From assembly GCA_944377305.1 (NCBI GenBank), contig CALWEL010000004.1:19136-83135 (forward strand): a DNA stretch of 64,000 nt. Reading direction: 5' to 3'. Numbering within the stretch: the first letter of the stretch is position 1; each line of letters begins with the position of its first letter. A program made the translations under genes and the position numbers. This stretch comes from an uncultured Clostridia bacterium (GTDB lineage Bacteria; Bacillota; Clostridia; Christensenellales; UBA1242). This document shows positions 8,180 through 21,200 of this stretch, piece after piece. The notes below the pieces were generated by a model. It saw nothing but the letters and a program-made list of their open reading frames with translations. It had not been told where the DNA came from and did not search any database.

Positions 8180-8899
8180 TTAACTTTTATCGATCTTGTT
8201 TAAAAGATTGTAATTTTCAGCGGATAATATAGCTGTTTCTATTCGCTTTCTAGATAGCGGGAATGCCTTTTCGAGTTCTTTTAAAAAATCCTTTATCTCT
8301 TTTCTTTTTGAATTGTCATTAGCTGGACATTGACTTTTTAAAATTGGATAATTTCTACTGCAATTAATTATTTTTTTCTCATCTGTAAGATATAGTGGCC
8401 TAATCAATGTGATGTCCGCTCTTGACATATAAGATTTTGGTAGCATCGTGGAAAGTCTCCCTTCATATAACAATGAAATGAAGAATGTAGTCACAACATC
8501 TTGTAAATGATGAGCAAGTGCGAGTTTATTGCAGTTTAGTTTTTTACATACGCTATTTAATGCTCCCCTCCGCATTTTGGCACAAAGCGAGCAGGGATTT
8601 TTTTCTTTTCTGATATCAAAAACTATATGTTTAATATCTGTCTTTTCTACGATTAAAGGCACATTGATTTCTTGACAAAATTTGTTAAGAGAATCATAAC
8701 TTACTTCGCCAGAATAGATGTCTATAGTCACTGCAAAAATTTCAAAATCATACAATTTGAACTTTCTGAAGTCGGACAATGCTTTGAGGAGCACCAAACT
8801 ATCTTTTCCTCCAGACACGCCTACAGCTATTCTATCTCCATTCTGAATTAAGTTGTATTTTTGTATTGCTTTGCGCATACTACTGAGAACTTTTTGCAT
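8180..8899 (-). CDS. ttcA: PP-loop ATPase, tRNA 2-thiocytidine synthetase TtcA family
   Basis: SGGKDS PP-loop (VGVSGGKDSLVLL), CSLCAKMRRG Cys motif, and a further Cys (SQCP) near the C-terminus. SD AGGAGA is present. Confidence 0.7.
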   Translation of the reverse strand: MQKVLSSMRKAIQKYNLIQNGDRIAVGVSGGKDSLVLLKALSDFRKFKLYDFEIFAVTIDIYSGEVSYDSLNKFCQEINVPLIVEKTDIKHIVFDIRKEKNPCSLCAKMRRGALNSVCKKLNCNKLALAHHLQDVVTTFFISLLYEGRLSTMLPKSYMSRADITLIRPLYLTDEKKIINCSRNYPILKSQCPANDNSKRKEIKDFLKELEKAFPLSRKRIETAILSAENYNLLNKIDKS

Positions 8900-9151
8900 A
8901 TTTGTCTCCTAAAAAATTAAAAATCAATAAAATTATATCAAAAAATATTATTTTTTCAATAATTTTTTTGTAAAAAATAAAAATTTTAATAAATTTAAAA
9001 ATTTTAAAATAAATAAAAATGCTATAAAAAGATTAATATAATAATTATTTATTATCAAATCATTCGAAATTTATTTAGCTATTTTTTATGGATTATAATT
9101 TGTTAATATTAAGATATTAATACTACAAAATTAGATATTTATCCAATTTTC

Positions 9152-9181
9152 TTGACTTGATTCGCTATTATTTTATATAAT
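9152..9181 (+). promoter_or_regulatory. Candidate sigma-A promoter of the giant ORF
   Basis: TTGACT, an 18-nt spacer, then TATAAT, about 46 nt upstream of the ATG at 9228. The DNA is AT-rich, so chance matches are possible. Confidence 0.4.
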
Positions 9182-9227
9182 ATATTTATATTATTTAAGC
9201 ATTAGCACAAATTAAGGGTGAGGGGTT

Positions 9228-12200
9228 ATGAAAAAGAAAATTTTTAGCATTTTAACAGCTGTATTTATCTTCGTGATTTGTGGAGTCTTTTCTGCGTGTG
9301 GAGATAGATATAAAGATTTGGAATTCAAAATCTATTATGCTTTTAGTGAAGAAGCTACTGAATGGCACGATGCTAGTCAGGGCATAGTTTTGAATTATGG
9401 AGGGGCTGATGATGAATTTCAAATAGACGCAGAGACAGGCGTGGGTACTCTCTATTTGAAAGTTGAAATTGCCAATGTTAAATCAAAGTATATTGACGAG
9501 ATCATTGTCACCAAGCGTGGCACAAGTGGAGGCGTAAATTTTTCTTCTGCTACAGTTGATCAAAATGAAGTATTTAGTATTGATATCACCGGCAATACAA
9601 ATTCCTCATTGAGATTTTTTGAAACCAATTCAGGCAAGCAGGTTGATATAGATTTGTCAATCTACAGAAGTCTAACAGGTATTCAGGTGGATACATCTAT
9701 AAAGCCTGCAGTGAAAGTGGGCGATACAATAAGTCTGATGAGTTTGAAAAACCTCTATTATTTACCAATGTTAAATGGCAATACTCTTACTAATCAAACG
9801 GGCGTTGATTATCAAATTTTGGGAATCGGTTATTATAATGATCAAATTGAAGATAATCACAAAGAATTTGTTTTGGTCCGAACTCAGTCGTATGCATATC
9901 AATATATGTCTATATCAGAAAATGGAGTATTGCGTGTAAATTCAGATTATACTATTAATGCTAATGAATATATTGTGCGTATATCTGCAGTTTCAAAACA
10001 TAACCCAAGTATATCAGCAGAATTTGATGTCTATATAGTTGAGGATCAAGAATTTTCTCCGTCAGTATATTATTCAAGTGACGCATCTTTAGAGGATGTA
10101 GGTTCAAGTTTCACATTATACAACGGAAACGATAATTATTCCTCAGTTACTCTCACTATAGATACACAACAGTTAGCGAGCATTTATAAAACTCCAATCA
10201 ATACCATAGATAGAGATGGTCAAGCGATTTACGAAATCTGTATATATGTGGATAACGTAGCTGTAGATTTATCAACTTCTCAAGTGCTCAATGGATTGTT
10301 GATAGAAAGTTTGAATGAATCAAATAGTGTGATTCGTTTGACTTCCACTAGTGATAATTATCCAACTAATAAAATTAAAATTAGTTATGAATTAAAAGAT
10401 TTTGATTTTTCGGCATCAAATGCACCGAATTATTCGCGTGAAATAGTGGTGAATAAAAGCGTGTTGCCAGAAAATATTTCAATAAATGATACATTGCCTG
10501 AATTAACTGATTTGCAAGGCAGTATGGAGGGGATAATTTATAGTTCAAGCAGTTCAACGTATCAAGGATTGAGCTTGACATTGCTTGCTGTGCCTACAAA
10601 TATCAATCAATCTACAGATATCTATATTTCAGCTAACGAAAATGTGATAATTACTGGACAAGTTGAGAATTTAGGTGCTAATTCATATATTGTCAAAAGC
10701 GGTGGTACAATTTATATTCGCGTGGCATCAAATGTGAATGCTGATCAGACAATCACTATTAGCACGCAAGTTACACCAACAATTTTTGAAAATCAGGTGA
10801 TAACAGAAAGGTTTGTTGAAATTTCATATAGACTTAGGAAAGTTGTCACAGCGGACAGCATAGATATTTATGCGGACGAAAACCTGACAACGCCTATAAA
10901 TAATGGATCATTAAACATTGATGCTAGGAATTCAACAGACGCCTATTTGAAAGTTTATTATACGGGGACAACTCTTGAAACATCTTCTATATCCTTGGAA
11001 AGCGACAATACAGCAATTAGATTTGAAAACAATTCTACTTCAATCTTGTTGAATGATCCAACGGTGGAAAGAGTACAAATAGCTACAAATGATGCTAATG
11101 GCAAATATGATCTTTTCCGTGTGTCATTTTTGGGTGCCAATGCAATAGAGAAAGCTAATATTTTAGTTAACGCAGGCGAAGGTTCGATTGGCGTTGGCAC
11201 TAGATTTGAAGTGAATAGCGTATATCTATTGCAAGATGATACAATTATAGTTGAGTCTACTAGTAGGAATGTTACTACCTTCACAGGTATAGACAACGGA
11301 CATTTCAATTTCGCAGTCGTCAAAAATCAATTGGTGGAATTTAGTATTTTAGGAATGGTGCAGGGCGGAAATGAATTGAACGATATAGGGATTATCAATT
11401 CAACAGTAAATGTGAACACTGATTATGGCAATAATTATGCAGGAAATAACAACTTTAGTACCTCTGCGGTTACATATAATAAATTAGATGCGAATGAATT
11501 TAGTTTGACTGGACAAATAGGTTCAAAAACAACCGTTTTGTCTATAGAAGTCAACTTTTATGCTAGAATTAATAATATAATTTCGCTTACAAACAAAATA
11601 ATTTATGTAGATATTGCAGTGTATGATCCTATCTCTGAAATTTATAGAACCATAACTGCAGACGAAATTGTTTATATCAATGAATACTACGAGTCTGCAT
11701 CTACAAGTGAGATCGCTTTCTCCTCTTATGCCTCTAATTATTCAGCCGCTTCAAATAGTGTGGTATTTAGCGGCGTAGATGGTACAGAAATTGTTCGAGC
11801 AGATGCTTCACAATTGAGATTGGAAATTAATCGTGATTTAAATATAGATAACACAATTGAGATCTATTTAGTAAACAATAAAGGGGAAGAAATTTCTATC
11901 TCGGATGAGAGTATTTTAAGAATAAATTCTGAAAATATATTGTCTGGCACATTGCGTGTGAAATTGAATGGTGTGAGCGACTATAATGATTTGACATTGA
12001 GTTTGACTGCATTGAGATTCGGAGAAGAATCAAATACTTCAATATCAGTTACAATTGAATTTGCTCAGCACGAACCAGTTGATGGAATTACATTGTCAGG
12101 CAACAGTATTGTTCAAAATGGCGTAGATAGTTATTATGTATATATGTCGTTTATTGACGTTGCGGAAAATGGTAATACATCTACTAGTTTTACAGCAACG

Positions 12201-15200
12201 CCTTATTACGAATCGAATATTGCCACAGGACTTAGATATGATGATCTGACTTATAATTTATATCAAATCGTTCAAGACGAGAATGGAAATATTGTAAGAG
12301 ACGAAAACGGGCAAGCCCTAGAAGACGCGGTGACTTCGGCTCGATTAAATATATCAATAGACCCTGATACTCATTTAGTTACTATTCGGGCTTTTGAAAA
12401 TCTAGGTGGCGGACTATTTAGATTGGAGTTGGCTAGTTTGGATTCGTATGATACATTAACTCAGACTTTTACAACTGCTCAGTCATTATTTGTTTCAATT
12501 AGCGATGGTACACGACAAAATAAATATGTTATCAATAGCGCGGAAGATCTCTACAATATAAATAATAATTTGGAAGCAAATTATGTATTGCGTAGCAATA
12601 TTACAGTAAGCGATGTTACAATAGATGGTCAGACGATTTCAATCGCTCCTATCGGTGGAGAAGAAGCATTTAATGGTACGCTGACAGGGACTGTTGAAAA
12701 TTTGAATTCTGACAATGAAATCGTGACCTCCAGATACAAAATCACATTGAATTTGAAGAATTATATATTGAATACAAACAATAGCGTATATGCAGGATTA
12801 TTCGCGCGTATCGGTGCCAATGGTGTAATCTCAGACCTGGACATAGATGTCAATTTTGACACTTCCAATTTCACATCAACAGCTGGCGGAGAATTGAATA
12901 TTGGGGCTGTCGCAGGAGCCAATGAAGGCGGCATAATAAAAGGCGTGAACGTAAAGTTGATTGGAGGCAATCAAGATAATATTAATTTCGTTGTAGATAA
13001 AATATCTACACCGATCAATTTTGGTGGAATAGTAGGTTTGAATGAGGGACGCATAGATCTTAGTAGTTCAAATGTAAGTGCAGATGCGCAGATCAAAATC
13101 AACACAAATGCCACTGTTCAACATAATGTTGGCTTAGTGGCTGGAAAAAATTCAGGTGAAATATATGGAGGATATTTAGGGAAAGATAGTTTAAATAATA
13201 TTAGTTATTCCGCCATTGCAAATCTTGAATTAATCAATTCTGCTACAGCTAGTCCAAGTTTGTATTTAGGTTCAATTGTAGGATATAATTATGGTGGATA
13301 CATACACAATTTGATCGCAGGCGGATTTATTCGTGTTACGGATAATGATATCACTAATATAGGTGAGATTTCTGGATTCATTGGTGGAATTGCGGGATAT
13401 TCGGACGATGATCCAGGATCATCCGTTAGCGTAAAAGGTATCAATACAGTAGCTGTGTTAGGATTGGATCTATATGCAGACAATCCTAGTTTGGAAGTCG
13501 CAGGCATAGTGGGCAAATCCAATAGATCTACCATCACAGATGTACGTGTTTTGGCTTCAAAAGTGACCTTTGATCAAGGTGGATTGACGAGCTATGGTAT
13601 GATTTATGGCGAAGGAATTGTGGCGGGAATTGTCGCAAATTCAGACGCTGATAAAATCAATTTTGCTAGCGTAGAAAGTTTCATTTCAAGCGCTACCACG
13701 GCTAGTGGAGATGCTGAACTATTTTATATGTTGAACAGCGGACAAAACAAAGTGGCAGGTTTAGTTTACACTGCTTCTAATACCACGCTGAGAAATTCCT
13801 TCATATCAGCAAATATTGATACAAATTCGAATTTGTCCTCAGGTCTTAAAACTATCATTCTGACATCAAATGCAAATGAAACTAATGTGTATTTCTTAGG
13901 AAGAGTGAACGACCTTGATCAGATGCAAAATAATATTTATTCACGAGACACAAATTCAGGATATTATGTCGTTTATACAGATAATTCAATCATAGATTTT
14001 AATGCAGATACGGCGAATGAACTTGATTTGTCGAATTACTTTAATGCAACAACAGTCAATAGTGATGACTTATATACAGAACAACAATTCTTGCAAACGA
14101 TAGCTTTGACAAATGCAGAATTTGAAAGCCAAAAAGAATTTTTATATACTTTGACTGATGGTGTATATACAAAAATTACAAGCGATGCGATCTTTGATGA
14201 AAATATTACCTATTATATATTTGACAACAATTTGTGGCAGAACAATAGAGCCAGTCTATATGTTGCAAATATAGAAGGATATTTGTATAGTTTGGTAGAC
14301 TATAATTTCGATCCAAATACTACTTATTATACTATTGAGAATATTAATATTAGAGATTATTATATTATCGAAGATGATCATTATGTGAAAAATGATAATC
14401 CTAATATCAATATAAATGCTATATATTATGAACTTACTTGGGAAACAGATAACGATTGGGAAGATACAGTTTCTAGTTGGATAGGCACAGATTTAGATAG
14501 TTGGCAGATAAATTCAGAACGCAATTTCGTATCAATATATGGAATGAATTTCTATTTCCCTTATCTGTTGGATGATGAAGGTAAGATCTTGATGATTGAG
14601 CGTCCTACACAGATTCAAGCTAATGTGAACGCAAACTATATCATAGAGATTAATTCCTCCTATGTAGATAAAGATTATCCAATGCAAGGATATGAAGTAA
14701 CCAGCACTACGATAATTAACTATCATAGTGATGTCAACAACCCTTTGAATAATGAAACATACAATAGATACAATATAGTCAATACAGCAGGAATAGGTGA
14801 TGAGCCAAACGGACTTGTTGATTTGAATGTCATCCCATCTAATGCGCAAGGTGGTGTGGGATTTGAAATAGTGCGTGGATCGGCCTATGCATATATCAAT
14901 TCTCAAAATCAGATCGTATTTACCGGAGTGAGTGGAGCGGATCCAATAATTGTCAGATGTTATTCTCTATTCAATGATGAATTGGAAGAATTTGTAGTAT
15001 TCTTTACTCAACTAGGACTAAGCGATTTGATGTTGACTTCGAATTCAATATATGAAGTGGAAGAAGAGAGTGTAGACTTTGAACTCTATACTCATACTGG
15101 TGCGAATTCTACACTTGTGAGCATCTCAGCAGAAAACATCTATCAAGGTCAACAATTCGCTTCTATCTTGGATGCGGGTATAAATAATTATTTAGAGGTG

Positions 15201-18200
15201 GAAGCTGTTTCAAATAGCACGAATTCAATTCTAAACATTGTGAATGCAAACTCTACAAATGGCATAATGATACAAGTGGAAGATGATGAATTCGATGGCA
15301 ATATGACTACAGAGATGATTACTTTCACACTCAAACTGAATTTGACAGAATATTTTGGAGAAGAATTCTATCCTGCGAACGAAGGTGTAGATCAATATCT
15401 TGATCTGGCTAGCACAAATCTGAGAGTTGTTGTGTATAAAACGGCTACAGACATAGAGATAGAAGGCGGGGATTATTCTGTATATACCAATGCAAATATC
15501 GATTTTAATGTAAATTTATATACTGGTTACGTGAGTGAAGAGGAATCTGGCTTTGCGCAAGATTACATAGTTAATAACACAGTGATGTTGCAAGAAAAGG
15601 ATAAAGATAGTATTAACTTGACTATGGAAATTGTCTCAGGGCAAGATGAGTTGGATAAATTACTAGAAAATACAGGGGTAGATTATATAGTAGAATTATT
15701 TGACTTTGATTTCTATTATTCGCTTTTGTTAGCTGGCAATAATGAGGTGCAAGGTTATCAGTATACTATTGAAATGAATTTGAAAGATGATTTCAACTTT
15801 AGATACATTACCTCTAGTATAGGATTTAGATTGACAGTATATGGAGCTAACAACACGGGCATATCAGATAGCATCCTAATTACTTTCAATCCGACAGAAT
15901 TATCTACTATGCGTATAGAAAATTATACGGCAACGAGTGTTACAACTATCACAAATTACACATCTTTAATAGAAAGTAATACCACCGAGACATCCATAAT
16001 ATCACCAGGAGGTTATGGTGGAGTTATGATGATTTATTTAGAGCCTAGCTACTCTAATATTGTTTCTGCGACTCTCACGAGTTCTAGTCTATACATTCCG
16101 TCACTTGGAAGAAATGTGTCGATCATATTTGAACAACTTGTGAAAAATGAAGAAGGAGATTATGAGACCGTATATCCAAACAATGAAACGATTGATGGGG
16201 GAATTAAGTTAAGTCTAGTTTCGAATGTAGATAGTGATGGAAATTATACTTATGATGGAATAATATATATCCATACACAGATGGATAGATTCGTGGGAAT
16301 GACTGGCACGATCGAAGCGCGCTTGTCAGTAGAGACAGGCGAAGGAAACACAATCGAGCAGACCAAAACGCTTATCACGGAATATTTGCCAGGTGCTACT
16401 CTTAGTTATAATGGTATCAGTGTCAATAATAGTACAGATGAGTATTTGATTCAAAAAGACACTTACAACAATGAAATAGATATTCGAATCTATGGCTATC
16501 AATTTAATAGCAATCCAAACATAAGCTTCATTTGGAAGTTAAACGATACAGATCCTAATTATACTTACGATAAAAAGTTGGCAACAGATATAAACGAGGA
16601 TAATTTTGAAAACAGGAAATTGACATTATATGTATTGCAAAGTGGGACGTATGTAAAATGCGATTCATATTCTACTTTCAACCCTTATGAAACCTATTAT
16701 GAAGATAATAGAAATATATTAATAGACAAAAGTGGCAATCAATATAATGTATTGGATTATTTAAGCTACAGGTTCCAAGATAATTATGATCAAGTGATGC
16801 AAAACGATGACGGCTCATATACTATGACAGTGCTATTAAATATATATCCAAGCATTCCTGCGGGCTTTGAAATGAACGCTACTTTGACATTGGCGACTTC
16901 GGAATCGTTAATTACAAGCGAACAAGAGGATAGTTTAATATTCTATCCTGTAGATTACATTGTGACTAACGCACAGGTATCTAATCTTAATAATGGCAAT
17001 CTCAATATTGCATACAATAGATCGTCTGCTATTAATCTATCTTTTGCAACCAATAACCCAAATAATGATTTATCAGAAAATATATATGATAAACTTTTGC
17101 AAGACATTGGTGTGAATAATTTGGCTACTTTATTCACTTATGTGAATTCGGAGGGAGCTATAGTTCAATTCAGTGATTCAGATGAATTGCACCCAGAGTT
17201 CTCTATCAATATTATCAATGGCAGATTGACTATTACTGGATTAGACTCATTCTATAGGACAATTGAATTCAGAGTACATTATGGTTATGTACTAGAAAAT
17301 GGTCAATATGTTTTAAAATTCGGTACAATGTCTAGCAATTCACTCAATAGGACATTAGAATTTAGTTTCACATTGAATATATATGCAAGCACTACAGAAG
17401 AAAATGCGATTCCATTATATTCTGTAGACGATATATTTGATCCAGATACGGGTGCTTGCTTATTGGGAGAAGATGCCGACTATATTTTGATGAATGATAT
17501 AGTTTTGGAAAATCTGGTTCCTATTGATGTAGATATTGCAAGTTTTGATGGCAATAATAAAGTGATTAAAATTAGAAGTTTCGCTGTAAGTGTAGACAGG
17601 ACTGAATATGGTCTTTTTGCGAATATTGGCACATATCAAGATATAGATGGAGTCACTCAAACGACTATTTTGAAAAATGTAATAGTTGATTATAGCGAAT
17701 TTAATTCGAGTTTGAATTTGACAAACAACGACATTACAGACATTGCGTTCGGTGGATTAGTTGCGAACAATAATGGATTGATCTACAATTGTGATGTATT
17801 AAATTTAGGAACAAGGTCAAAGACTATCAACATCTTGTTAGACAACGATAGTGATGTAGAAATTGTGTTCGGTGGACTTGTTGGAATCAATTCAGGTATT
17901 ATCACAAATTCTCGTGTGGGTAGACTTGGATATACAAAAATAACTGCAAACGAAAATAGTGAGACATCTATTCAAGTAGGAGGAAGTGCACTTACTTTCA
18001 TTATTGGAGACATCACCCAGACTAGCCAGACAGGACAAGGTTTTGTCGGAGTGACTGCAGGTTTTGTCGGAGAAAACTCGGGGACAATAGCTAGTTCGTA
18101 TGTGGCAAATACAGGTATTACCAACTATTCAACCGCACCTGAGGGTACTACAGGAGATCATAGTATTACAGCAGGTTTCGTTGGAGAAAATACTAGCACA

Positions 18201-21200
18201 GGGAGCATTTCTTATAGCTATGTCAAAGCATTGGAAAGCACTATTAGTGAGACGAATCCATATTCTACAGGGGTTGAAATATATTCACCTACGAATGGCA
18301 ATGTGGCAGGGTTTGTATACCTCAATTCTGGACGAATCAATAATTCTTTTGCAAACACTGTCTTGACTTCTACTTCAGCGTATGTAGCAGGATTTGTGTA
18401 CAACAACCAAGCTAGTGGTGTGATTAGCGAAAGTTATGCAGCTTGTACGTTGAACGGTGTGTTTACGGCTAATGATGCCTCAGAACAGCCATTTGTCGGA
18501 GTAAGTAATAGTGATGAACTCTTGTCTTATGGCACATTGGATAATACATATTATCTAATTGATGATGACAATTCATTTATCATAAAGACGGAAAATGGAA
18601 AAGATCAAGCGACTGGGCTAAATCAAGAAAACTTTGCAAATAGTAGCAGTTTGAATGGATTTGTATTCATTGAAAGCAATTCACGCACTGAGAGAAATCA
18701 AGGGGTGTGGTCATATTATAATCAAAACAATTCATACAGAATATTGCCAGAATTGCCAAATGCAAATCAAATTGCACATTCTTATAGATATTTGTTGCGT
18801 CAAGAAAATTCAGTTTATATTTATTCAAATGCTGTTTCTTACGAGCCTGGCAGTGCAAACAATCCAAATATTATTAGAAGTGTAGAAGAATTCAATGAAA
18901 TAATGTTAAGTGGAAACACTAGCAATAGTTTGACGGGGTATGTGCGCTTTATCAACAACATTGATTTTGCTAGTGATGAAACGGCAATTAAAACCCGTAC
19001 AAACTTTATTCTTGGAGACATCAATAACAATTCAATTACTTCTATAGACGGAAATGGTATGACAATCAGCGGTATATATCTTGACGTTGGCAACGCGCAA
19101 GAAGAATCTATTGGTCTGTTTGCTGAAATACACAATGCGTATGTCAAAAATTTGAATCTGGAGTTTGCTACTACGGTAGAAACTGATGGACAATTTAGTT
19201 CACTCAGTGCGATATATTCAGGTGGTTTGGCGGGTGTGATTGACAATAGTGTAATAATAAACATTGATCTAAATGGTAAGTCTACCACGATTAGCGGTCA
19301 AAACTTTGCAGGTGGTCTGGCTGGAATAATTACAGGACAGAGCCTTGTCTATGGTATTGATTCGAATTTGAGTGTCAAAGCAGTCAATACTGATACAATT
19401 CATTATTACAATTATTATAGTGAACAGGAATTCAACACAATGCGTGCCTTTGGTGCGATAAACTATACTGGAAATTATGAAACTTATCTAACTCAGCTAT
19501 CGTTCGCTGGTGGTATTGCTGGAGTAATCGATTTAGAAGCTAGACAATACGTAGATTTCAACTTATCTTATATCAATGTGTATGGCAATGAGATGTATGA
19601 TAAGCGCACAATTGATGCCAATATTCTTGCAGACTATGCGGGTGGAATTGCAGGATATGCAGGGAAAGAGACGTCAAGTTTGAGATTGAAGTATTTTGTT
19701 GGTCAAACGAATCTAATTCGCGGACAATTCGCGGTCGGTGGAATCTTTGCGGTGAGCAGTGGAGATATCACAGCGTCACAAGTGACAGCAGAAGAAGATG
19801 AGCAATTTGTCTATGATACAACTTTAGGGCAGTATATTCTTGCTTTGGAGAATGGTGAAGAGGCTGTAATTGATACTGCCAATGCTGGCAACTTGAATTT
19901 GCTTGAGACATACGGATATGGTGGCGGTTTGATTGGTATTTCTATTAGCTCGCGAATAGATTCTTGCTATAGCAAAGCAGGTTTCAAAGTCGGTTCTACA
20001 TTAGGAGGCTTGCTTGGCGTATCAATTGGTTCGAATATTGTTTATTCGTATGCTATACCTTATGTAAATGTGGATGATACATATTTGACAAAAGTGGGCG
20101 GACTGATTGGTTCAGCTTATGGAGTACGTAGCGGAACAATAGACAGAAATCAAGAAGTTAGCGAATATATCAATTATCTGACTTTAATAATAGGTGAAAC
20201 AAATAAAAATACAGATATTCAGTTCACATTCTCTACAATTTTGATGGATATCAATGATATTACTATCAAAAATTCTATCACTGAAGAATATGTCAACTTT
20301 GACTATGTTTGTGCAGATTATGGTCAACTGGAAGGCAATTCTACAGGGTATATAACGAGCAATAATGGCAGTGCATTATTGTATGTTTTCGCAGGAAGAG
20401 TTGGAGCTTATGATAGTATCACAGAAGAAGGGGAGCCGATCGTTAAACACTCGAATGAAGCACGTGCCAGCGATGAAGAAATCAAATTGTTGTATGACAC
20501 TAGCGAAAACAATGTTGAACAAGTTTCCACATTCAACAATATTTTCTCAGGATGGGATACAACATACTGGACATTGAATGCAGAGAGATATTTCCCTCTA
20601 TTGTTAAACGAAGAGGCAGAAAATTATATTATTATTGAAACTGCAGACGATTTCTATCAATTAATTAATGATCCAGACGGAAGCTTTATGATAGTGAATG
20701 ATATAGATATGAGTGATTGGTGCGCTCGAAACAACACTAATTTCGTATTTGATATAGAATTCACAGGTATTCTGATAGGGCAAAAAGAAGATGATACAAT
20801 TCCAATTTTATACAATTTGTATTTATCTCCGACGAACGCTGAAGATGCAGGATTGTTTAGAGCGACAAATGAAGCGACATTACGTAATATTACATTTAAA
20901 TGGGGATCAAATCCAAATGAAACGGTTAGTATGATGAGTGTGTCTAGTTCGGTTCTGTTGGGCAATACGATTGACACATTTGGTGGAGTATCTGCACAAG
21001 ATAATGGATCATTATTTAGCAACTTGACTGTTCGTGTAGCAAGTGAGGAATCAGATAGAGAGACTAGTTTATTCAGCTCAATTGATGGCACAATCGCTGG
21101 CTTCGGAGGCATTGTTGGGCGAGCTACAAATAGCAATATATTGAATTGTACTTTCTCTGGAAGAGTGGATGTAGCTTTGGCGTCAATGGCCACGAATAAT

